Source of the DNA: an uncultured Spirochaetota bacterium | Lineage (GTDB): Bacteria > Spirochaetota > UBA4802 > UBA5550 | Assembly (NCBI GenBank): GCA_963827275.1 | Contig: CAWHAA010000010.1 | Coordinates: 288,001 to 352,000 of the forward strand | Direction: 5' to 3' | DNA length: 64,000 nucleotides | Shown: piece by piece, positions 41,962 to 54,722 of the stretch | How positions within the stretch are numbered: position 1 is the stretch's first letter | Layout of the letters: every line of letters begins with the position of its first letter | Translations under genes and position numbers: made by a program | Notes under the pieces: model-generated | Database searches by the model: none | Told to the model about the DNA's origin: nothing | What the model saw: the letters and a program-made list of their open reading frames with translations, nothing else

Positions 41962-44460
41962 TCACTTCGGCTCCAGCACCAGCGCATCGCGGTACTGGGC
42001 CTTCACCGCGTCGGCCCCGAAGGGGAGCGGATGGTTCCGCCCGTTGAGCCAGTAGTCCAGCATGGTATCGTAATGCCCGCTCGACGGGTTTCCCGACTGC
42101 CCCGGCACGCCAACCAGCATCGCCGGCTCCGCGAGGCCGAAGTCCACCACCAGGCGCATGGCGGGGATCAGCGACACGTCGAAATTTTCGCCCACCATGA
42201 ACGACGTCACGTTGACCGTATTGCCGTCGCCGCTCGCGGGATACGGCCCGCGGTTGAAATACCCGTGGAACACCGGCAGCTGCTTCGTGAAATCATGGGT
42301 CCACTTGTACGCATGGAGCCTTCCCCACCGCCACTGCTCCCTGGCGTACCCCATCCGCTCCTCGCAGAGCAGGATTGACTTCTGCAACGATTCTGCAATG
42401 ATGTCCCACTTGGTCTCCTTCCGCCCGGTCGTCACGTTGTCCCAGAACGGCGAATTCTCCCTGCCGAGGATGTGGTCCTGCTGAGGGGAATACCCGGCGA
42501 AGGATTCAAACTTTAACGCCTCCCAGAGCATGCCGCTGTCCGGCCCGAGCTCGTCCAGGAACGTTTCCCGCGACGCACAGTGGATGAACGCGCCCATCAC
42601 CGCCGCGTTTGCGGAGTCGCGGTCCATCACCGCGTTGAACTTCTTCGGGTCAAGTCTGTTCACCGCCTCGAGCGCCCTCCCCCTTCGCCGGCCGTCCCAG
42701 CCCATGATGACGTTGCGTATATTCCACGCCGGGTCGCCGAGACAGAGCATGTCCTGGATCTTTTTCGCAAAGAGCGAATAGTGGTCGAACTGCAGCCGCA
42801 TCATGTCCTCCACCGTGGCCCCCTTCATGGGGCCGAGCACCTGGGTAATCCGCTCCGCGCGCTCCGGGCGCTCCCAGCTTGATGAAAGATGGTACGGATA
42901 TCCCCTGTCCACGGTCCGGTTGTTGGCCGTGACGATGGTGCCGGACGCGGGATTTTCCGAATGCGGATTCATCGCCATGGGAAGGTACCCCGTCCAGTCA
43001 TATTCGCCGGTCCACCCCGGCGACGGGAGCTGCCCGGTCCCCTTTTTACGCAGCGGGAATTTTCCCGTGACCTGCCAGCCGATGGAGCCGGCATCGCCGT
43101 AGACGACATTGAGGAAAATGCTCTCCACTCCCATCACGGCAGGGCGCAGCTCCGCGGCGCTCCGCACGCTCCCGAGGCTCAGGAACCCGTTAAAATCCCT
43201 CTCACCGCTGCCCAGGCCCCATGAGATGGCAAACCCGTACTCCGACTTGACCGGGAGCGGCTGGACGGGCATGAGCGGCGGGAACGGCATGGCGGCCAGC
43301 GCTTCGTTGAGCAGGGGGCCGTGTATCGTCGAGAGTATGTCTTTATGTATGTCTTTGCCGCCCCGCACGCTGAATTTCTCCCTGCGGACCTGCACCGGGA
43401 CCCATTGGCCCCTGTACTGGTAGCAGGTTTTGCCGTCGATGACCTTGAGCTTTTCAATAAATATGTCCTGGTTGTCCGCCATGACCATGGTAGCGCCCCA
43501 TGCCACGCGGCCGTTGTAGCCGAGGGCGATAATCGGTATGCCGGGGGCGGTGACGCCCGCCGCCTCGTAGGTGGGGCACTTCAGGTGCATCACCACCCAG
43601 GCGTTGGGCATAAGGTCCTCCAGGTGCGTGTCATTGCAGACGATCGGCCTGCCGCTCTTCGTCTTCATGCCGGAAAGCGCCCAGTTATTTGACGCGGGCA
43701 GGCTCAGCGGCATGATCCCGGACAGGCCGTCCCGCACCCCGCTCCACCCCGCCGCCAGGGTGTTCAGCCCGCGCGGATCTACGCCGGCGAGTTTTCCCGC
43801 CTCCCCGAACGGCAGGTCCTCGTCGGGGTAGATCGGCATGAGCCATGCGGCTTTTTCATATCCGACCCTGCCCGACAGGTTCAGGAAATCGAGTTCCTCG
43901 ATAAAATTTGATGAAAGGCTCAGCGTTAGCGCGGCGAATACATAGAGCGAATCAGCCTGCTTCCAGGGCTCCGGCCGGTACCGGGTCAAGAAAAATTCGG
44001 CCGGCAGGTCCGCGTGGGATTCGATGTAAGCGTTCACGCCCCTCGAATAGCTCTCCAGCACCCTGAGCGAACGCGCGTCCATTTTCTTCATTGCCCCCTC
44101 GATAACGGCGCGCGCCCCGAGGGTCCGCATGAAGAGGTCTATCTGCATCCCGTCCTCACCGAGGATCTCCGACATCCTCCCCTGCATCACCATTTTCATC
44201 ATCGTCATCTGCCACAGCCGGTCCGACGCGGTAGCATACCCCGCGGCAAAGAACAGGTCGTCCTCGTTATTCGCCTCGATATACGGGACGCCCAGCGCGT
44301 CACGCCGGATGGTCACGCGGCTCCCGATGCCTGGAATTTGTACTGTTCCCGTTGCGTTATCAACAGACCTGTCGAACTGTCTCTTGACGCAACTATCCGC
44401 CGCGAATAAAAGGCAGGCTATGGCGGCCAGGCTTATTACGATGATTAATATTTTTTTCAT
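41962..44460 (-). CDS. Penicillin acylase family (Ntn hydrolase, S45) protein
   Basis: RRDALGVPYI, DRLWQM, catalytic SNNW, NDTHL, GQSG; N-terminal anchor from MKKILII. Confidence 0.93.
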   Translation of the reverse strand: MKKILIIVISLAAIACLLFAADSCVKRQFDRSVDNATGTVQIPGIGSRVTIRRDALGVPYIEANNEDDLFFAAGYATASDRLWQMTMMKMVMQGRMSEILGEDGMQIDLFMRTLGARAVIEGAMKKMDARSLRVLESYSRGVNAYIESHADLPAEFFLTRYRPEPWKQADSLYVFAALTLSLSSNFIEELDFLNLSGRVGYEKAAWLMPIYPDEDLPFGEAGKLAGVDPRGLNTLAAGWSGVRDGLSGIMPLSLPASNNWALSGMKTKSGRPIVCNDTHLEDLMPNAWVVMHLKCPTYEAAGVTAPGIPIIALGYNGRVAWGATMVMADNQDIFIEKLKVIDGKTCYQYRGQWVPVQVRREKFSVRGGKDIHKDILSTIHGPLLNEALAAMPFPPLMPVQPLPVKSEYGFAISWGLGSGERDFNGFLSLGSVRSAAELRPAVMGVESIFLNVVYGDAGSIGWQVTGKFPLRKKGTGQLPSPGWTGEYDWTGYLPMAMNPHSENPASGTIVTANNRTVDRGYPYHLSSSWERPERAERITQVLGPMKGATVEDMMRLQFDHYSLFAKKIQDMLCLGDPAWNIRNVIMGWDGRRRGRALEAVNRLDPKKFNAVMDRDSANAAVMGAFIHCASRETFLDELGPDSGMLWEALKFESFAGYSPQQDHILGRENSPFWDNVTTGRKETKWDIIAESLQKSILLCEERMGYAREQWRWGRLHAYKWTHDFTKQLPVFHGYFNRGPYPASGDGNTVNVTSFMVGENFDVSLIPAMRLVVDFGLAEPAMLVGVPGQSGNPSSGHYDTMLDYWLNGRNHPLPFGADAVKAQYRDALVLEPK

Positions 44461-44712
44461 GGCATTACTCCGTACAACAGGATATAAAGGCGCGGTCCTT
44501 ATGCAGACTGTCATGGATTTATTAAAATAAATCAAGACAATTTAATGCCGGATCGCGGGTTATACCATGTGCAATACGTGATTGCGCAAAACTGGCTTGA
44601 CAAATGCCGATTATAATGCTTATTTAAAATACAAGCATACAGGGAAGTTATTCACGGCCCCCGGGGCCGGTGTCTGGGATCCCCTGCATTACAGGGACGG
44701 AGATTGCGTGCA

Positions 44713-45612
44713 ATGCCTGGTGACGAATTCGATTCATTGTTTGAAGACAAGCCCGTTGATGATAAGCCGAGCAAGGAAGTCGATGAACTGTTCACGTTCG
44801 AGGCGCATCTTCCCCCCGAGAAGCCCAAAACCGCGCCGCCCGTCCGGAAGCAGAAAGCCCCCGCCCCTTCCCCCTCCCGGGCGCCGCAGGCCCAGAAGAA
44901 GCGAACCTCGGAGGATTTTCAGCCGGACATGGACGCCCTCGTCATAACCGCGCAGTCGCCCCTCATCCTTGAAGGCGTCAAATGCCTGAGCATGAAAGAC
45001 TTCGGCGTCAACACGCTCCAGATCTACACCGAGGCGATGAAGGGCGTGGAGGTCTTTATCAAGATACTGGAGCGGAACCCGAACAATTACTTCAAGCTCG
45101 CGGTGGTCATCAACTCGGACACCGACTGCAAGGAGATCGAGGCCGTGGCGTTCCGCCTGTACAAGATGAGGTTCCGCGAGACGCCCCAGATCGATTCGCA
45201 AATCCTGAAGGCCTACGAGATGCTGCGTAACCGGTTGAAGATCGGGTACAACAAGGCCCTGGTCAGCACGTCGATGCTCTCGATAAAAAAATATTTCCAT
45301 CAATCGGGGGCCCTCGACCAGGAGAGGATCTCGCAGATGGCCGCGAGCGGGACCAAGGAGCTTACCAACGATGTGCTCAGGTATGCCCAGCACCTGAACA
45401 TCTCCATGCAGCTCATGAAGATCGGCGATTTTGAGATCACGAAGGGCCTGCGCGGCCGGGATCTCAACACCTTCGTTATACGGGCGAGCCAGTTCCTGGC
45501 GGCATACTACCTCGCCGCGGGGGACGCCAAGTCCGAGGAATACTACCGCCGCACGCACGAGAACTACAAGAAGTATTTCGTCATCCGCGAGCCCGAGGCG
45601 GGCAAGGAATGA
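44713..45612 (+). CDS. Hypothetical protein (acidic N-terminus, Pro-rich linker, helical domain)
   Basis: Long ORF with host-like codon usage; no recognised motif. Confidence 0.75.
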   Translation: MPGDEFDSLFEDKPVDDKPSKEVDELFTFEAHLPPEKPKTAPPVRKQKAPAPSPSRAPQAQKKRTSEDFQPDMDALVITAQSPLILEGVKCLSMKDFGVNTLQIYTEAMKGVEVFIKILERNPNNYFKLAVVINSDTDCKEIEAVAFRLYKMRFRETPQIDSQILKAYEMLRNRLKIGYNKALVSTSMLSIKKYFHQSGALDQERISQMAASGTKELTNDVLRYAQHLNISMQLMKIGDFEITKGLRGRDLNTFVIRASQFLAAYYLAAGDAKSEEYYRRTHENYKKYFVIREPEAGKE

Positions 45613-45625
45613 ACCCGTGCCCCGC

Positions 45626-46765
45626 TTACAGCAGCGGCTCCACGATCCGGTAGATGACCGAATCGGCCAGCATGATACCCCGCCGGGTAAGGCGCACCGT
45701 CGTGTCGTTCCCGTCCGTAGCAACCTCCACCAGCCCGTCAGATGATGCGCGCCCTATGCCCGTCATGACCGATGCGGGGACCCTGAACGCGAGCCGCGCT
45801 TCCATCTCGCGGAGCGACACCCCGCGGAGGAGCCGGAGCCCGGTCATGAGGTATTCCACCGGCGCGGCACGCTCCATCCGTACGTCCCGCGCGGGAAGCG
45901 CCCGGTCCGCTCGGAGATATTCCTCCAGCGTCACCGCGTTGATGTACCGCTCATCCCCGATGAACGAGTGTGCGCCGGGCCCGAAGCCGATATAGGGATC
46001 GAAGCGCCAGTATTTCATGTTGTGCCGGGACTCGAACCCGGGAAGCGCGTAATTCGATATCTCATAATGATCATACCCGTGCGCCGCCATGCGCGTCATG
46101 ATCGTCTCGAAGTGCCCGGCCTGCTCCGCCTCCGATGCTTCGTCGGCCGTCATCCTCTTCCCCAGCGGCGTGTTCTTTTCGATCGAGAGCAGGTAGATGG
46201 AGATGTGCTTCGGCCCGCGCGACGCGATCGCGTCGATATCATGGAGGAGCTCCCCGTGAAGCTGGGAGGGGATGCCGCCGATCAGGTCGGCGCAGAGGTC
46301 CAGGCCCGGCGCGGAAAAAAAGATGTCCAGCTCGCGTTCGGTGCAGGGGGCGGCGGACCTTCCGATGACGGCATGGAGGCGCGGCGAAAGCGTCTGCACG
46401 CCGAGCACGATGCGCGTGACGCCCGCGTCCCTGAACCCCGCAAGCAGGCCGGGCGATACATCGCAGGGGTTCATCTCCAGCGTCACCTCCGCGCCGGGGA
46501 GGAGGTCGACATGCTCACGCACGAGGCGGAGCAGCCCGGCGACCTCCGCGGGCGGGCAGAGGGACGGCGTGCCGCCGCCGAAGTATACCGTGTCGGCCGG
46601 CGAAAGCCCCGCGCCGGGGAGCCGTTCCCGTATCTCTTCCCGGAGCCTGGCGATATAGGCGGCGGGCACGCCGCCGGCTTCGAGCATCCCCGCCTCCGAA
46701 TAGAAGCCGCAGTAATCGCATTTCCTCCGGCAGAACGGCACATGGATATAGATGCCGCCGGTCAC
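45626..46765 (-). CDS. hemW: Radical SAM heme chaperone HemW (HemN-like)
   Basis: YIHVPFCRRKCDYC, FGGGTPS, YEISNYA, HNMKYW. Confidence 0.92.
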   Translation of the reverse strand: MTGGIYIHVPFCRRKCDYCGFYSEAGMLEAGGVPAAYIARLREEIRERLPGAGLSPADTVYFGGGTPSLCPPAEVAGLLRLVREHVDLLPGAEVTLEMNPCDVSPGLLAGFRDAGVTRIVLGVQTLSPRLHAVIGRSAAPCTERELDIFFSAPGLDLCADLIGGIPSQLHGELLHDIDAIASRGPKHISIYLLSIEKNTPLGKRMTADEASEAEQAGHFETIMTRMAAHGYDHYEISNYALPGFESRHNMKYWRFDPYIGFGPGAHSFIGDERYINAVTLEEYLRADRALPARDVRMERAAPVEYLMTGLRLLRGVSLREMEARLAFRVPASVMTGIGRASSDGLVEVATDGNDTTVRLTRRGIMLADSVIYRIVEPLL

Positions 46766-48402
46766 TGCGGCCTGCCGGAGCCAAGAAGGAGCGTCCCGCC
46801 GGTACCCGGCTCAAATTCGCCCTTGAGGCAGCGCGCGAGCTGCCTGACCGATTCTTCCGTGTTGGAGAAGGAGAGAAGCCCCGCGGTCACCAGGCCCGAA
46901 ACAGTCGCGGGGAACGGGTTCCCGCTGGACACGAGGACCAGGCCCATCCCCTTTTTCCGGCAATAATCGGCCGCACGCTTGAGGTAATCGATATCGGGCT
47001 GGACCATGTGCAGATACACGACGGCCCTTTTCCCCTGTAACGCCGCCGCGCCGGACAATTCGCCGAGCGACGCCGCAATCATGCTGATCCCGCCGCCGGC
47101 GAGCGCGTCCTTCATGACAGCGCTCTGCGTGACAACCACGCGCGCAGTGTTCCCCGGCGGCCTGAGCGATTCGCGCGGGCCGAAATAGAGGATCCCCTTC
47201 CTGGAGAGCGCCTCGTTCACCCGCCCGGCCTCGCCGAGCGACTTCCGGTCCTCTTCGGTGGCGATGAAATCGGCCGGACGGCATACCCCTTCGTTGCATG
47301 AGAGGATCCCGTAGCGTATCTTGGTTTCGATAATGCGCTCCACGGACGCGTCGATCCGCTCCATGGCGATGCGCCGTTCCCTGACGGCCGCCGTGACAGC
47401 GTTTATTATGGCCGGTATGCTCTTTTCATACGAGCTGATGAGTACGATGTCGGCGCCCGCCAGGATGGAGCGCACCGCCGCCTCGCCCAGCTCCTGCCGC
47501 CGGGAGATGGCGTGCATCTCCATGTCGTCGGTTATCACCAGGCCTTCGAACCGCATCTCTTCCCGTATCAGGCCGGTCAGAAATTTTCCTGACACCGTGG
47601 CCGGATCGTCCGTCCCCAGGATACGGGGAAACGCGATATGCGCCGGCATGAGGCATTCCACCCCCGCGGCCACGGCCTTTTTGAAGGGCACCAGCTCCAC
47701 GCGTGAAAGGCGTTCCATGTCATACCGGATCACCGGCAGGGCGAGATGGGAGTCCGTATCGGTATCGCCGTGGCCGGGAAAATGCTTGCCAACGGCGATG
47801 CAGCGCGAATCCTGCAGGCCGCGGATATAGGCGGCGCCGAGGTCGGCCACCAGCCGCGGGTCGCTTCCAAACGAGCGGGTATTGATCACGGGATTGCGCG
47901 GGTTGTTGTTCACGTCAAGGTCCGGCGCCAGGTTCATGTTGACGCCCGTCATACGCAGCTCCACGCCGAGCGCGCGGCCCCAGCGGTACGCGAGGCCGCC
48001 ATCACCGCCGACGCCTGCCGCCATGTTGCCGGGAAATTGCGTGACCCCCGAAACGATCCGCACCACCCTGCCCCCCTCCTGGTCGATCGAGACGAACAGG
48101 GGGATGCCGGAGTACCTGAATGCGGCCTCCTGCATCTCCCTGATGAGCCTGTTATTGCCGTCGGAGGTCGAGAGGTTGTACCCGAATAGGATCACGCCGC
48201 CGGGAAGATAACCGCCAAGAATCCGGTCGATATCGCCGTTCATGCCGCTGCCCGGGACCGCGACCATGATCATCTGGCCGACCTTCTTCTCCAGGCTCAG
48301 CGTCCGGCAGAGGGAGCGGGCTTCATCGACATATCTTTTTTTCGCGCATTGCGTGAGCATGAGAATGAGGACCAGAACAATAATTTTTCCAATCGCGCGC
48401 AT
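46762..48402 (-). CDS. GH3 beta-N-acetylhexosaminidase (NagZ-like), probable lipoprotein
   Basis: DQEGG, KHFPGHGDTDTDSH, ITDDMEM; LTQC lipobox-like. Confidence 0.92.
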   Translation of the reverse strand: MRAIGKIIVLVLILMLTQCAKKRYVDEARSLCRTLSLEKKVGQMIMVAVPGSGMNGDIDRILGGYLPGGVILFGYNLSTSDGNNRLIREMQEAAFRYSGIPLFVSIDQEGGRVVRIVSGVTQFPGNMAAGVGGDGGLAYRWGRALGVELRMTGVNMNLAPDLDVNNNPRNPVINTRSFGSDPRLVADLGAAYIRGLQDSRCIAVGKHFPGHGDTDTDSHLALPVIRYDMERLSRVELVPFKKAVAAGVECLMPAHIAFPRILGTDDPATVSGKFLTGLIREEMRFEGLVITDDMEMHAISRRQELGEAAVRSILAGADIVLISSYEKSIPAIINAVTAAVRERRIAMERIDASVERIIETKIRYGILSCNEGVCRPADFIATEEDRKSLGEAGRVNEALSRKGILYFGPRESLRPPGNTARVVVTQSAVMKDALAGGGISMIAASLGELSGAAALQGKRAVVYLHMVQPDIDYLKRAADYCRKKGMGLVLVSSGNPFPATVSGLVTAGLLSFSNTEESVRQLARCLKGEFEPGTGGTLLLGSGRPQ

Positions 48403-48675
48403 GGCGTCACCTTCCGTATCGTTTCTCGTGAAAATACCGGTACACATGAGGTCAGTCAGGCCCCTCTTTGCAAGAAAAAAACCGGCCAGCGCGACGGGGA
48501 ATCACCCATGCCGGCGATCCATACATAAATTTATTCATTATCCATGACGAATATAAAATTAATTATTGATTTTTTTTTGTAAAATTTCAAGCATGTAGTC
48601 GAATACGTTTACAAGGCGGCGAAACACGCGTTTTCATCAGCGCGCCATCAGCCTTCCCTGTTTAATTTTCATGAT

Positions 48676-49266
48676 ATGAACAGCAATACCCGCGACATCG
48701 ATTTTCTCAACAGCTACGCAGCCAGGACCGCTGTGGTGCCCGAGGTGATCGAACGGCTGATATCCGACCTGAAAAAGATCAAGTATACCCAGGATGAAAT
48801 AGACGAGATCGTCCTGTCGATGGACGAGGCAATCACCAATGCCGTCCAGGAGACGATACGGGTCAACCAGGCCCTGAACCGCAAGGCCGTCCACGATGAC
48901 GATCACCGGGACATCACGGTGCGCTACACCATCTCCGGCGACATCTTCGACGCCACCATCATCGACCACGGCAAGGGCCTCGATATCTTCAACATCCTGT
49001 ACATGACGCCGCAGAGCGGCTCGTCGACATACATCAACCAGATCATAAGCTACGCCACCGAGTCGGAAAAAAGAAAGATCACGGTCCGCCTTAACGGACA
49101 GGAGATTCCCCTCAGGGGGATCGGCGCGGGGCTCAAGGTCATCCTGAGCTTCATGGACGCCATAACCATCGACCTGATAGACAGGGAGAAGATACTGTCA
49201 CGCTCCGTGTCCGAGAACACCGACGGCACCATCTTCAACATGAAGCGCAAACGGCGGTATGCATGA
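48676..49266 (+). CDS. RsbW/SpoIIAB-like ATP-binding protein (anti-sigma Ser kinase fold)
   Basis: DEAITNAV N-box, IIDHGKG G1, GIGAGL G2, MD..DGT tail. Confidence 0.8.
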   Translation: MNSNTRDIDFLNSYAARTAVVPEVIERLISDLKKIKYTQDEIDEIVLSMDEAITNAVQETIRVNQALNRKAVHDDDHRDITVRYTISGDIFDATIIDHGKGLDIFNILYMTPQSGSSTYINQIISYATESEKRKITVRLNGQEIPLRGIGAGLKVILSFMDAITIDLIDREKILSRSVSENTDGTIFNMKRKRRYA

Positions 49267-50036
49267 AGTCTGACAAGCTCCTCGCTCCATTCGACGACCC
49301 TGAGTTCATGCATTCCAGGGATGCGCGCACCATCCGGATCCTGAGCGAATATCTCGAGCCTGAAAAGCGCTTCAGGGAGATGAACATCCAGCACACCGTC
49401 GTCTTTTTCGGATCGGCGCGGATCGACCCGCGCGAAAATCCCGGGAACCGGATGGCGCACTACTACCAGGAAGCTTCGGATTTCGCCTTCAGCCTCGCGG
49501 GGCTGAGCAAGGAGATCGAGAACGAAACAGGCTCGCCGTTTTATATCTGCACCGGCGGGGGCCCCGGCATCATGGAGGCGGCCAACCAGGGGGCGTCGCG
49601 GGCGGGCATGCCGAGCATCGGCCTGAACATCGACCTCCCCTTTGAGCAGGATCCGAATAAATACATAACGCCGGAGCTGATGTTCAAGTTCCATTACTTT
49701 TTCATGAGGAAGCTATGGTTCCTGTACCAGGCCAAGGCGGTCATCATTTTCCCCGGCGGATTCGGTACCATGGACGAGCTCTTCGAGACCCTGACCATGG
49801 TGCAGACGCGCAAAATGCAAAAGATAAACATCCCCATCCTCCTCTACGACCGTGAATTCTGGGGAGATATCATCAATTTCGACAGGCTCGTCAGGGACGG
49901 CCTGATCGCGCCCGAGGATCTCAACCTTTTTCATTATTTTTCGAGTGTCAGGGAAGGGATCGACGTATTGAGGCCGCAACTGATCAGCGTGATCAAGAAT
50001 GTGCACCGGCTTCTGGAATTCAAATTCCCCATTTAA
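49263..50036 (+). CDS. LOG family nucleotide phosphoribohydrolase (TIGR00730)
   Basis: FGSAR, TGGGPGIMEAAN, FFMRK, PGGFGTMDE. Confidence 0.93.
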   Translation: MKSDKLLAPFDDPEFMHSRDARTIRILSEYLEPEKRFREMNIQHTVVFFGSARIDPRENPGNRMAHYYQEASDFAFSLAGLSKEIENETGSPFYICTGGGPGIMEAANQGASRAGMPSIGLNIDLPFEQDPNKYITPELMFKFHYFFMRKLWFLYQAKAVIIFPGGFGTMDELFETLTMVQTRKMQKINIPILLYDREFWGDIINFDRLVRDGLIAPEDLNLFHYFSSVREGIDVLRPQLISVIKNVHRLLEFKFPI

Positions 50037-50059
50037 CCGAGGACCGGCCGCTCCGCCAT

Positions 50060-50144
50060 TGCCCAGGGAGGGACTTGAACCCTCACGAACAAAATGTTCA
50101 AGGGATTTTAAGTCCCTTGTGTCTACCAATTCCACCACCTGGGC
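50060..50144 (-). tRNA. tRNA-Leu(TAA)
   Basis: GCCCAGG acceptor stem, AGGGA-CTTAAAA-TCCCT, long variable arm, GGTTCAAGTCC; CCA not encoded. Confidence 0.97.
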
Positions 50145-50152
50145 GGGATATG

Positions 50153-50225
50153 AGGCGCCGAGCGGATTCGAACCGCTGCATAAAGGTTTTGCAGACCTCT
50201 CCCTTAGCCACTTGGGTACGGCGCC
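50153..50225 (-). tRNA. tRNA-Cys(GCA)
   Basis: GGCGCCG acceptor stem, GAGGT-CTGCAAA-ACCTT, GGTTCGAATCC; CCA not encoded. Confidence 0.97.
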
Positions 50226-50469
50226 GGAAACCTCTTTCCCATTTTTGAATTTCACGCCCTGTTGTCAACTTAAAATACTGCCCGCGTCTAAAAATTCAAT
50301 TCATCCTGCGCGTGTTTTGCAATAACCGTCCGAATGTTCCGGATTCCAGCTTTTAATTTCGTCAATTCCCGCCGGTCCGCCGCGATCGTCCGACGGACAC
50401 CGCGAAAAAATAATCCGGCCGAAATTTTATTTTTTTATAATCATTTTTTCAATCAGTGAGTTATAACAA

Positions 50470-50499
50470 TTGACATTTTGTACAATCAATTAATGATTG
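50470..50499 (+). promoter_or_regulatory. Putative sigma70 promoter with an overlapping palindrome upstream of the beta-oxidation operon
   Basis: TTGACA 50470-50475; CAATCA-ATTAA-TGATTG 50483-50499. Confidence 0.5.
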
Positions 50500-50737
50500 A
50501 CCTGTGATCGTGATTCAGTAGTAAAATTTCTTAAATCATGCATCATAAGGGTCCCAACGCCGGCAGCGGAAGGCTCCTCACGCAGTATATTACTGTTGTA
50601 AAAAGCGAGGGTCGGTTTCCAGATTGAACACAAATTGGAGAAAAGGTTAATCTTCGTTATTCAGTAATAACCATAACATAGCTTTTCTCCCAAAAAAATA
50701 TATTCAAAAAAACATAAGACTTAAACAGGAGGTCTCT

Positions 50738-53146
<2,409 letters not shown>

Positions 53147-53176
53147 CTTAACAATCTGAATACAGGAGGAAAACAT

Positions 53177-54394
53177 ATGAGAGATGCGTATATAGTCAGT
53201 GCAGTAAGAACACCCGGTTGCCGTCGCGGCAAAGGTGCACTTGCGCAAACAAGGCCCGAAAAACTCATCGTCCAGGCGATGAACGCCGCTGTGGACCGGA
53301 TCAAGCTCGACAGGAGCGTCATTGACGACTTCATGCTCGGCTGCGCCTTCCCGGAAGCCGAACAGGGACTGAACCTCGGCCGGGTCGCGCTTCAGATCGC
53401 CAAGTTCCCGGATTCAGTCTCCGGCGCAACGGTCAACCGTTTCTGCTCTTCCGGCCTTGAGTCGATAGCGATATCAGCCCTGAAGGTAAAGGCGGGCTGG
53501 TCGGAAGTCAACATGGCGGGCGGCTGCGAGTCGATGTCAATCGTACCGATGGGCGGCAACATGCCGCGCCCGCTCCCCGACTGGGCGAAGGAAAACCCGA
53601 ATGTCTATATGTCCATGGGTATCACCGCCGAGAACGTGGCAAGCCGTTATGGCATCACCCGTGAAATGCAGGACGAGTTCGCCTATCATTCAAACATGAA
53701 GGCGGCCGAGGCCCAGAAGAAAAAATTATTCACGGAAATAGTCCCCACCACCGCTGACAAGTTCGTCGAGAAGTCGGATGGCACCATTGTTCGGGAAACT
53801 TTCGTGCAGGACTTTGACGACGGCGTCAGGGCCGAGACCACGGTCGAGGGCCTGAAAAAGCTGAAACCTGCCTTCAAGTCAACCGGTTCGGTAACCGCGG
53901 GGAACTCCTCGCAGACCACGGACGGCGCTGCCGCCTCGATCATCATGAGCGAAGAAGCGGTCAAGAAATATGGCGTCAAGCCGCTTGTCAAGCTCGTCGG
54001 GTACACTGTTGCCGGCTGCAAGGCAGACGAGATGGGAGTCGGTCCCGCGTACGCGATTCCGAAGCTCCTGAAACAGGTAGGCTGGGACCTGAAGAGGCTC
54101 CAGACCGAAAGCCTTATCTTCGAACTGAATGAGGCTTTCGCGTCTCAGGCCATCTACTGCGCGCAGCAGCTCGGCGTGGGCGACAAGAAGTACTGGGCAG
54201 CCGATTCTTCCGAGAAGCGGATCAATATCACCGGCGGCGCGATCGCGCTCGGCCACCCGCTGGGATGCACCGGCTCGAAGATTTTCGCCACCCTCGTTTC
54301 CAACATGATCAGGACCGGCGCCAAGTACGGCATCGAGTCCATGTGTATTGGCGGCGGCATGGGCGCAGCGGCAATGTTCGAACTCTGCGAATAA
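53177..54394 (+). CDS. Acetyl-CoA C-acyltransferase (thiolase, FadA-like)
   Basis: NRFCSSG, NEAF, GHPLG, CIGGGMG. Confidence 0.96.
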   Translation: MRDAYIVSAVRTPGCRRGKGALAQTRPEKLIVQAMNAAVDRIKLDRSVIDDFMLGCAFPEAEQGLNLGRVALQIAKFPDSVSGATVNRFCSSGLESIAISALKVKAGWSEVNMAGGCESMSIVPMGGNMPRPLPDWAKENPNVYMSMGITAENVASRYGITREMQDEFAYHSNMKAAEAQKKKLFTEIVPTTADKFVEKSDGTIVRETFVQDFDDGVRAETTVEGLKKLKPAFKSTGSVTAGNSSQTTDGAAASIIMSEEAVKKYGVKPLVKLVGYTVAGCKADEMGVGPAYAIPKLLKQVGWDLKRLQTESLIFELNEAFASQAIYCAQQLGVGDKKYWAADSSEKRINITGGAIALGHPLGCTGSKIFATLVSNMIRTGAKYGIESMCIGGGMGAAAMFELCE

Positions 54395-54417
54395 GCCTTC
54401 AGCAACATGATACACCG

Positions 54418-54453
54418 GAAAGGCGGCGTCGAAAGATGCCGCCTTTCTTTTTT
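54418..54453 (+). terminator. Rho-independent terminator
   Basis: GAAAGGCGGCGTC-GAAA-GATGCCGCCTTTC followed by a T-run. Confidence 0.9.
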
Positions 54454-54578
54454 CCGTTCCTGGGCGTCAATCCCCTCCCTCTTACCCCGCAACGACCATG
54501 GTCAAGTGAAAAAATGATAAAGCCGGCACGAGCATCTACCGATTATAGTACTAATCATTATTCCGGAGGGTGCGCGCC

Positions 54579-54722
54579 ATGACGGCCAATGGACAGGAAA
54601 TGAATAAATGGAAACGGGAACAGCTCGAATGCTTCAAAAAATATCTTAGTTCATTCCACATCGACTCCAAAGAATACAGCATCATAATGAAGGGTATCCA
54701 GGACCTGGAAAAGAGCCTCTAA
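54579..54722 (+). CDS. 47-aa hypothetical protein (below the ORF-track cutoff)
   Basis: GGAGGG RBS 8 nt before ATG; MTANGQEMNKWKREQLECFKKYLSSFHIDSKEYSIIMKGIQDLEKSL. Confidence 0.6.
   Translation: MTANGQEMNKWKREQLECFKKYLSSFHIDSKEYSIIMKGIQDLEKSL

Noticed and set aside
50088..50255. ORFs spanning the tRNA genes (49713-50255, 49999-50325, also 40089-40406)
   Set aside because: They overlap unambiguous tRNA cloverleafs
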